NCBI RefSeq assembly: GCF_000392435.1
Contig: NC_021219.1
Coordinates: 600,001 to 632,000 of the forward strand
Direction of reading: 5' to 3'
Length of the DNA: 32,000 nt
From: Candidatus Saccharimonas aalborgensis
GTDB lineage: Bacteria; Patescibacteriota; Saccharimonadia; Saccharimonadales; Saccharimonadaceae
This document shows positions 1-6,825 of the stretch, piece after piece; positions within the stretch are counted from its first letter, which is position 1; each line of letters begins with the position of its first letter. Position numbers and translations under genes: made by a program. The notes beneath the pieces are model-generated. The model did not search any database, had not been told where the DNA came from, and saw nothing but the letters and a program-made list of their open reading frames with translations.

Positions 1-1
1 C

Positions 2-61
2 ACCACTATCGCTGACGGAAACTACTCAGATGTTGTCACCTATACGGCAACAACCAACTAG
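2..61 (+). CDS. C-terminal end of an upstream truncated CDS (..TTIADGNYSDVVTYTATTN*), probably a surface protein
   Basis: Open frame from the window edge to a TAG at 59-61; the tail resembles the C-terminus of the 1878-3263 protein (..YSNIVTVTGTITP). Confidence 0.4.
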   Translation, partial: TTIADGNYSDVVTYTATTN

Positions 62-124
62 TATATTTGAGTGATCGCAATAATAAACCGCTCCGGCTTC
101 TGGGGCGGTTTTCGTACCAGAGAG

Positions 125-153
125 TTGTCCGCTTGTGCTTATCGAGGTATACT
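125..153 (+). promoter_or_regulatory. Sigma70-like promoter TTGTCC-17 nt-TATACT, 7 nt before ATG 161
   Basis: Motifs read directly; supports ATG 161 rather than the ORF-track start at 71. Confidence 0.6.
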
Positions 154-160
154 AGCTAAC

Positions 161-1066
161 ATGAGAATTACGGTATTAGCACGATGCGCACTTGTCGTGG
201 CAGGAACATTTTTGGTAGCGAGTGCACCCCAGGCAGTCCATGCGGCGGATCAGGTAGAGAGTATCACCCTGTCTCCAACCAGTAAGAAGTATACGTTTGA
301 TCCCGGATCAACAAAGGAAGATTCGTTTACTATCCTCAACGATGGTGAAGTGGCATACGACTTCTTAGTCTACGCAGAGCCATACTCACTTGATCCCGTA
401 ACAAGCCAACCTATCTATCAGGGGAGTAAGGCAGCAAACGCCGATGCCAATACGTGGGTGTCCTTCGCGCAGACTAGGTGGCACATTGATCCACATCAGT
501 CCGTACGGGTGCCGTATACAATTCGCGTCAAAGACACCGCTTCGCCCGGTGGACACTACGGGGTGATATTTGCAGAGACGCAGCCGCAATCGTCCGATAC
601 TCAGGGTGTGTCGCTTGGACGAAAGAAGCGCGTAGGGATGATCATCTATAGTACGGTTACAGGTGATCTAAAACCGGCGGGTGCAGTTAAGCAGATTCAG
701 ATCGACGGGTATCAGTCTCAGACGCCGCTTGAAGCATCGGTCCATATCGAGAACACAGGTAATACGGATTTTTTCCCCACCGTTAGCTACCGAGTGGAAG
801 ATGTCTTCGGCAATACAAAATACCAAACGACAAGCTCGGACCATATCGTGCTGCCCGGTATCACTCGGACGATTCCTATGAGTTGGGATCAGGCATCGTG
901 GTTGGGGTTCTATAAAGTCACGGTCAGTACAACGGTGTTGGGCAATACCACAACCCAGTCTTCGTACGTATTTGTCGCACCGCAGTGGTTTATTCTCCTT
1001 GTGGTAGTCTTGATAGCAACGGGTGTCGTTTATGCGATACGTAGTCACCAGACACGCCGTCGTTAG
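161..1066 (+). CDS. Secreted, C-terminally membrane-anchored Ig-like protein (DUF916/WxL-associated-like)
   Basis: Signal peptide MRITVLARCALVVAGTFLVASAPQAVHA; beta-rich region ITLSPTSKKYTFDPGSTKEDSFTILNDG; C-terminal TM helix FILLVVVLIATGVVYAI then RSHQTRRR. Confidence 0.75.
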   Translation: MRITVLARCALVVAGTFLVASAPQAVHAADQVESITLSPTSKKYTFDPGSTKEDSFTILNDGEVAYDFLVYAEPYSLDPVTSQPIYQGSKAANADANTWVSFAQTRWHIDPHQSVRVPYTIRVKDTASPGGHYGVIFAETQPQSSDTQGVSLGRKKRVGMIIYSTVTGDLKPAGAVKQIQIDGYQSQTPLEASVHIENTGNTDFFPTVSYRVEDVFGNTKYQTTSSDHIVLPGITRTIPMSWDQASWLGFYKVTVSTTVLGNTTTQSSYVFVAPQWFILLVVVLIATGVVYAIRSHQTRRR

Positions 1067-1850
1067 GCGCGTTGCCGTTGCTGCAGTGGTCACCATGACC
1101 CTAGTTTTGGGGGCCGCCCCTAGCTATGCTCTCACGTCAAATAGTGGCACAACCATCAATGTTGGTATTTGTGGTACCTCTGGAAGCACGCAATTGGCTA
1201 TTAGTTCTCCAGTGGCAAATTCGACTGTGTCCTCGGTCCCTGTGACGATACAAGGAGTGGTCAACCGGATATCGCAAATTTCTGTCTACCGTGATGGTCA
1301 GTATGATGGCGTCATACCGCTTAACACTGGTGCAACTACGTTTAGTTACATTGCGACTATGACGGCCGGTAGTCACGTGTTTCGATTTGAGGGTGTCGAT
1401 ATTTGTCAGCAGACAACACCTGTTGCTGAGATAACGATTACCTATGATCAAGCTGTTATTATCACGCACCCATCAACTCCCGGGACAGCATCGAACCCTG
1501 GTACTACGACACCAGTGACTGGGCCGGGTATCACTGAGTTTTTAGAAGGCCTTCCGCCGATAAAAATTATTTCCGATGGGTTCTATAAGCTGCTGGTGTG
1601 GTTGGATTTTGCATCACCGACCTCCTTTAGCTCTGTACCACGGATGGCCCAGCGCTTTACAGGAATGACTGTTGGACTCGCACTACTATTTTTGGCGCGC
1701 CCGCTCCTCGATGGTTATCGCTATGTTCGTTACGTAAAACTTGGTTGGCGCGCCCGTCCATTGCCGCTAGTCCTCCGTAGCCATCCCCTGGTTCTCCTGC
1801 GTATCTCCGGACTTATCATTATCACTATCGTCATTCTATTTCTCGCATAA
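1032..1850 (+). CDS. Secreted Ig-like domain protein with C-terminal TM segments
   Basis: Signal peptide MRYVVTRHAVVRRVAVAAVVTMTLVLGAAPSYA; PVTIQGVVNRISQISVYRDG Ig-like segment; C-terminal hydrophobic helix. Track ORF starts at 1023; ATG 1032 fits the signal peptide. Confidence 0.7.
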   Translation: MRYVVTRHAVVRRVAVAAVVTMTLVLGAAPSYALTSNSGTTINVGICGTSGSTQLAISSPVANSTVSSVPVTIQGVVNRISQISVYRDGQYDGVIPLNTGATTFSYIATMTAGSHVFRFEGVDICQQTTPVAEITITYDQAVIITHPSTPGTASNPGTTTPVTGPGITEFLEGLPPIKIISDGFYKLLVWLDFASPTSFSSVPRMAQRFTGMTVGLALLFLARPLLDGYRYVRYVKLGWRARPLPLVLRSHPLVLLRISGLIIITIVILFLA

Positions 1851-1877
1851 GTTTGTCTCTGATATACTGAGAAAAGC

Positions 1878-3263
1878 ATGAGGGTATCTGTGAGGAACGT
1901 AGGTGTGCTGCTACTTGCCATTATGATAGGCGGTAGTTTTGTTAGCACAGTGAGAGCTGATCGATATAGCTCGTCTCATTATGTGATTGATGCCAGTGTC
2001 GTCGGCAATAGTTTCGGTGGTTCACAGAGCTCCACAAGTTACAAACTAACGAGTAGCGGCGGTGAGAGTATTGTCGGCAATGGACAGGGTGGCAGTTATA
2101 AGGTAGGAATGGGATACGTGGCGCAGTTAGATAAGAGTTTGACCCTGAGCTTGCAGCCAAGTGGTTTGAAGGCGTATTACCCACTCGAAGAAAATAGCGG
2201 TACGTTCACCAGAGATAGCAGTATAAACACTAGTAATGCCGATCTTCAAACCGGAACAACGTGGACGACGGGAAAGATAGGAAATGCGGTAAACACCAAT
2301 GCTAGCTCGTATGTGCAGGTACCCGATAGTACTAACCTCACGTTTAGTCAGAACATGACAGTCTCGCTCTGGGCAAATCAGGCATCAGCATCAACGGACA
2401 AGGCACTAATTGCTCATTGGAATCAAGCAGTGAGTAGTTCATGGGCGCTGCAGACCGGAACAAGTGCAAGTGTTCTGCGCGTTTTTATCGCGAACAGCCA
2501 GGGCGATACGGGCGGAAACTGTGTCGATACAGACGGAGCCTGGTCGGCTGGTTCATGGCATCATGTTGCGCTTGTCTATGATGGTACGCAAAGTACCGCG
2601 CTCGACCGAGCAAAGGTATACATTGATGGTGTTGTCCGCCCAATGTCTGTCTGCTTAGGAACGATACCAAGTTCACTGCAAGACAGCTCATCGTATCTAA
2701 CGATTGGCGCAATGCGCGGCCTTGGTAGGTATTTTAATGGTTCGCTTGATGAGGTGAAAATGTTTAATCGATCGCTCTCGGCCGATGAGGTCAAAGCTGA
2801 GTATGATGCGCAGGCGGCGGGCGTCTCGAGTGGTGTCACTTTGGGCACAATTACACCGGGCGTATCAAACAATGTGCTTGCTGACGCAGTGGTCGAAACT
2901 GATGCTAGCAGCTATACGCTTGCGATTAACCAAAACAATGATCTGACGAGTGGTTCCTATACAATCCCTGCTATTTCCAGTGGTACGATTGCTTCACCGG
3001 TTGCCTGGAACGAGGGGACAACTAAGGGTCTCGGATTTAGTCTTACGGCGACGAATGCTACTGCTATACCGGGATCATGGGGCAGTGGTGCAAATTATGC
3101 AGCGTTTCCCGGTACCGCCACCACTTTTTATACACGTACCGGCATGCCGACCGCAAAAGATTATGTTACTCTCAAAATTCGAGCAGATGTATCGACGACG
3201 CAGGTGAGTACAATCACGCCGTATAGCAATATCGTGACAGTGACAGGTACAATCACTCCATGA
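1878..3263 (+). CDS. Secreted LamG/concanavalin A-like fold protein
   Basis: Signal peptide; LamG-like features GLKAYYPLEENSGTFTRDSS..., WHHVALVYDG..., KVYIDGVVRP..., YFNGSLDEVKMFNRSLSADEVKAEYDA. Confidence 0.85.
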   Translation: MRVSVRNVGVLLLAIMIGGSFVSTVRADRYSSSHYVIDASVVGNSFGGSQSSTSYKLTSSGGESIVGNGQGGSYKVGMGYVAQLDKSLTLSLQPSGLKAYYPLEENSGTFTRDSSINTSNADLQTGTTWTTGKIGNAVNTNASSYVQVPDSTNLTFSQNMTVSLWANQASASTDKALIAHWNQAVSSSWALQTGTSASVLRVFIANSQGDTGGNCVDTDGAWSAGSWHHVALVYDGTQSTALDRAKVYIDGVVRPMSVCLGTIPSSLQDSSSYLTIGAMRGLGRYFNGSLDEVKMFNRSLSADEVKAEYDAQAAGVSSGVTLGTITPGVSNNVLADAVVETDASSYTLAINQNNDLTSGSYTIPAISSGTIASPVAWNEGTTKGLGFSLTATNATAIPGSWGSGANYAAFPGTATTFYTRTGMPTAKDYVTLKIRADVSTTQVSTITPYSNIVTVTGTITP

Positions 3264-4144
3264 AATGTCGATTAGTTTTGGCGAGCGTCGTCGGTGTGTT
3301 GATCGGAGTCAGTGGGGGTACTCATTCGGTGCAGGCTGTATCGCTTAAGGTCACGCCGCTTGAGTATCGAACAACACTCCGCACGGGCGAGAAGAAAAAA
3401 GGATTTGTCGATATCGCCAACCCCGATACGGTCGCAGTAACGGTCACATTCACTGTCCAGGCATTTCGGCAAACTGATAATAATGGATCATTGCAGTTTT
3501 ATGACGACCCGCATATCGCAAAAGGCATTCAGCTTGACCTTGATAGTGTTAGGTTGGGACCTCGAGAAGTAATCCATCTGGCATTTTTGCTGGATGGATC
3601 AGTATTGCCAGCGGGTGACACTTATGCAGCGATCTTTGCGGCATCGACACCGTCATCGAACGGAATGGCGCAGGCAGCGCGAGTTGGGACGTTGCTTTCA
3701 ATTCAAAACGGCACACCCGCAGGTCACGAGGCAAAGGTTTCAGCACTTGCTGCCTCCTTCTTCCAGGTTGGCTCGGAACTTACTGCCACTATCGATGTTA
3801 TGAATCAAGCCGATCCGGCAAAGTATACTGGGTATTATCCAAAGATAGTCGTTGGCTCTGTTCCTTACGGACAAAAAACAGTCGAGGGTCCGCTCGTTTT
3901 TGCTGGCAGAACTCGCACGATTGATTATCGCCAGCCAGGGAACTATTTTGGATTTTTGTTGATTGAAGCCTCGGCTGAAGGCGGTAGTAAGTCACAGGTG
4001 GTGTTTGCGATAACTGGCTACTGGCGTTGGCTCATGCCGATTATCGCTGTTGCATTGATTGTGATAGCGCTCTATGTATATAACCAACGAAAAAAACACC
4101 GGTATCGTACTCACAAAAAAGTGACCAAAATCCCTGTTAAATAG
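3260..4144 (+). CDS. Secreted DUF916-like Ig-fold protein with C-terminal TM helix
   Basis: ATG overlaps the upstream TGA (translational coupling); LKVTPLEYRTTLRTGEKKKGFVDIANPDTVAVTVTFTVQAF; TM helix LMPIIAVALIVIALYVY followed by NQRKKHRYR. Confidence 0.75.
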   Translation: MKCRLVLASVVGVLIGVSGGTHSVQAVSLKVTPLEYRTTLRTGEKKKGFVDIANPDTVAVTVTFTVQAFRQTDNNGSLQFYDDPHIAKGIQLDLDSVRLGPREVIHLAFLLDGSVLPAGDTYAAIFAASTPSSNGMAQAARVGTLLSIQNGTPAGHEAKVSALAASFFQVGSELTATIDVMNQADPAKYTGYYPKIVVGSVPYGQKTVEGPLVFAGRTRTIDYRQPGNYFGFLLIEASAEGGSKSQVVFAITGYWRWLMPIIAVALIVIALYVYNQRKKHRYRTHKKVTKIPVK

Positions 4145-4173
4145 TTGTCATAAGCAGTATACTATACTATAGC
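4145..4173 (+). promoter_or_regulatory. Candidate promoter TTGTCA-17 nt-TATAGC
   Basis: Motif spacing; alternative TATACT boxes overlap it. Confidence 0.4.
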
Positions 4174-4194
4174 CGTATTAAACGGAGATAGTAA

Positions 4195-4761
4195 TTGAGG
4201 TTCACTAAAAGACAAATTCAAGCGGTGTTATTCTTCGCAATACCAGTAATCATGGCATTCCTGGTCAATTTTGCGTTCCCGGCCTCTGTTCACGCCCTCA
4301 CCACCATCCCCTACAAGCTAAACTTCCAAGGCCGCCTGACCGATGCTTCTGGTAACCCTATGGCTGCTGGTACCTACAACATGAAATTCCGTATCTATGA
4401 TGCCAGTAGTGGGGGAACCCTAAAGTGGAGTGAGCAACGTGCCAATAGCGCTAGTACTGGTGTTACTGTCACCACTGGCGGTCTGTTCAGTGTCCAGCTC
4501 GGTGATGTATCGAGTCTGCCTGCTAATATCTTTAGTACCACCGACACTGCTACCCTGTACTTTGAGATAGAGCTCCCAACCCCCGCTACAGCTACCTGTA
4601 CTGGTGCATCTTGTGAATCCTACACTGAAGGACCTATGACCCCCAGAAACAAACTAGCCTCCAGCGCCTACAGCTTCAACTCCGACCTACTGGATGGGTT
4701 GGATTCGAGTGCTTTTGCGCAGGTAGGGGCAACACCAGCTTTACCGGTACACTTGGCGTAA
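4195..4761 (+). CDS. N-terminal part of a frameshifted surface protein (shared N-terminal module)
   Basis: TTG start with upstream GGAG; signal peptide; [47 protein letters not shown]... identical to the module in 6826-9579. Frame is lost at ~4732. Confidence 0.75.
   Translation: MRFTKRQIQAVLFFAIPVIMAFLVNFAFPASVHALTTIPYKLNFQGRLTDASGNPMAAGTYNMKFRIYDASSGGTLKWSEQRANSASTGVTVTTGGLFSVQLGDVSSLPANIFSTTDTATLYFEIELPTPATATCTGASCESYTEGPMTPRNKLASSAYSFNSDLLDGLDSSAFAQVGATPALPVHLA
4289..4732 (+). repeat. 444-bp direct repeat, copy 1
   Basis: ttcacgccctcaccaccatcccc...gcgcaggtaggggcaa, read as identical to 6893-7336. Confidence 0.93.
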
Positions 4762-4808
4762 ATCTGTCGAGTAGCACGGCATTTACTGTTGGCGCAAGTG
4801 GTACCAAT

Positions 4809-6146
4809 GTGCTGACGGCCGACACCACGAATGCGCTGGTCAAGATAGGTACTGCAGATAGCACTAGTCAGGTGCTGGTGCTCGACACCAACACTGCAGA
4901 TCCTGGAGCGGGCGCGACGTCGACCAACGGTGCGATGTACTACAATTCCACATCGGGCAAGTTTCGCTGCTACCAGGGTGCATGGACGGATTGTATTACT
5001 GCTGCTGGCGGCGCGACGCTGCAGACGGCCTACACCGCCTCGACTGGTGGCACAACACCGGAGATCAAGGCTGATGCCACACGGGCCGGGTTCGATATTC
5101 AAGATGCCGATACCACCATTGCTGGTACGTTATTTGCCGTGCGGGGGAGTAATGCCGGTGGGCTCGGTACAGCGCTCTTTGATGTTAGCAGCACTGGTGC
5201 AGCGCAATTTACTGTGCCATCGGCGTCGGCAACGGCTTTCACGCTACAAACTGCCGCCAGCACAAAGCTATTTGTCGCTGATAGTACAAGCGCGCGGATA
5301 TACATAGGCGGGTCAGCGGTGACAACCAATCCAATTACCCTTGTACTCAGCAACGCCTCGTCGGCATCCGACCCGACTGGGGTTGCTGGTTCGATGTACT
5401 ATAGCACCGCGAAAGATGCCTTTCGCTGCTATGAAGCTGGCATATGGCGTAATTGTATCGGCAATACTGACTCTACATCGGGTTATCGCTATGCCAATGA
5501 CCTGCTGGGGTCATTTACGACAACGGGTGATGTTTTCGCCAGCTCGACTGGCACCGGTGCTGCCACAGCGACGAGTAACGCAACCATTGCCACAAACCGC
5601 CCTGGTACATTTCGTTCGACGACTGGTACGACGACGACCGGACGAGCGGCATTCGGCTCGACAACAAATGCATTAGCATTAGGTGGGGGGCTCACACTGT
5701 ACGAAACAGCCGTCAACGTCACGACACTTTCTGGTGCGACGAATCGCTATAGCATGGTAGTCGGCTTCTATGATTCGACCACGGCTAACCAAGTCGATGC
5801 TGTCAGTTTTGTCTATGATGAAGGTGGTGTATCGACTGGTTCGACGGCGAGCGCAAACTGGCAAGTCGTCACGTCTTCGAACAGCACTCGGACGTGGACC
5901 ACCACCACCACGGCAGTCGGTGCAGGTACATGGGTTAAACTTGGCATCATTGTCAATGCAGCTGGTACCAGTGTCGGGTTCTATATCAATGGCACACTAG
6001 TGGCGACTCATACGGCCAATATCCCGACCGGTACTGCTCGAGCGCTTGGTTTTGGTTCACAAATACTCAAATCGGTCGGTACGACGGCTCGGACAGTCGA
6101 CATCGACTACTTGCAAGCCGAGATGGAATTCACGACGCCGCGGTAA
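4809..6146 (+). CDS. Distal part of the frameshifted surface protein; two MYYxT...FRCY..G.W..CI modules and a C-terminal beta-rich domain
   Basis: In-frame coding continues upstream of the called GTG (..NTSFTGTLGVNLSSSTAFTVGASGTNVLTAD..), so the true reading frame joins the 4195 ORF. Confidence 0.75.
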   Translation: MLTADTTNALVKIGTADSTSQVLVLDTNTADPGAGATSTNGAMYYNSTSGKFRCYQGAWTDCITAAGGATLQTAYTASTGGTTPEIKADATRAGFDIQDADTTIAGTLFAVRGSNAGGLGTALFDVSSTGAAQFTVPSASATAFTLQTAASTKLFVADSTSARIYIGGSAVTTNPITLVLSNASSASDPTGVAGSMYYSTAKDAFRCYEAGIWRNCIGNTDSTSGYRYANDLLGSFTTTGDVFASSTGTGAATATSNATIATNRPGTFRSTTGTTTTGRAAFGSTTNALALGGGLTLYETAVNVTTLSGATNRYSMVVGFYDSTTANQVDAVSFVYDEGGVSTGSTASANWQVVTSSNSTRTWTTTTTAVGAGTWVKLGIIVNAAGTSVGFYINGTLVATHTANIPTGTARALGFGSQILKSVGTTARTVDIDYLQAEMEFTTPR

Positions 6147-6157
6147 TCGGGTATACT
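6129..6157 (+). promoter_or_regulatory. Candidate promoter TTCACG-17 nt-TATACT, 6 nt before ATG 6164
   Basis: Direct motif reading; no SD. Confidence 0.45.
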
Positions 6158-6163
6158 AATAAT

Positions 6164-6652
6164 ATGAAAGTAGACATGACATCAATGGGTGGTAGGGCGC
6201 GCAACGATGAAGATCGTGCAATTTCTACGTTACGCAGGCGGCCTGTTCTACGACGAGACATGCTTAGGATGACACGATTCTCGGTATTTGGTGCGGTGAT
6301 CTTTATTAGTGTCCTAATTTTTGCTGTATCGTTATATGTCCTCAATGGTCGTGATACATTGATTGATCCCTCGAAATATCAAGTGGTCTACCTTATAAAC
6401 GGACAGGCATATTTTGGTAAGTTACAGAATGTTCACGGTGAGTACTTGGTTATCAATAGCCCGTATACCGCACAAACAGCTCCGCAGCAGGCCAGTGACA
6501 AAGAGGCGGAGCAAGCTACGACACTTTTGCGTGTACGTGATCAGGTGTACGGCCCAGAAGACGCCATGTCCATAAAGTCGAGTCAGGTTGTGTTTTGGCA
6601 AAATCTTCGCGATGATAGCAAAGTGACACAGGCGCTCAAGAGTAAACAGTAG
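6164..6652 (+). CDS. Small single-pass membrane protein of unknown function
   Basis: TM helix FSVFGAVIFISVLIFAVSLYVL, then KYQVVYLINGQAYFGKLQNVHGEYLVINSPY. Confidence 0.7.
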   Translation: MKVDMTSMGGRARNDEDRAISTLRRRPVLRRDMLRMTRFSVFGAVIFISVLIFAVSLYVLNGRDTLIDPSKYQVVYLINGQAYFGKLQNVHGEYLVINSPYTAQTAPQQASDKEAEQATTLLRVRDQVYGPEDAMSIKSSQVVFWQNLRDDSKVTQALKSKQ

Positions 6653-6660
6653 TACGTTCA

Positions 6661-6718
6661 TACCATCTTTGGTAGTTATACCCAGTATTTGAATACTGCA
6701 TCGTTTGACGTTTCAAAC
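6661..6718 (+). other. Three consecutive small hairpins with 4-nt loops
   Basis: TACCA-TCTT-TGGTA (6661-6674); CAGTAT-TTGA-ATACTG (6683-6698); GTTTGA-CGTT-TCAAAC (6703-6718). Confidence 0.55.
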
Positions 6719-6733
6719 CACAAGCACTATAGT
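6705..6733 (+). promoter_or_regulatory. Sigma70-like promoter TTGACG-17 nt-TATAGT
   Basis: Consensus-like boxes at ideal spacing upstream of the 6826 gene. Confidence 0.65.
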
Positions 6734-6825
6734 ATACCATGAGCCATACTCTCATTTCCTTTGAGTGGTGTGGAGAAAATAAATAATAAACGGGAAGAAA
6801 AATAATAAACACGACTAAAAAATCG

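Noticed and set aside
71-160. N-terminal extension of the first ORF (MIAIINRSGFWGGF...)
   Set aside because: Signal peptide and a TTGTCC-17-TATACT promoter place the start at ATG 161.
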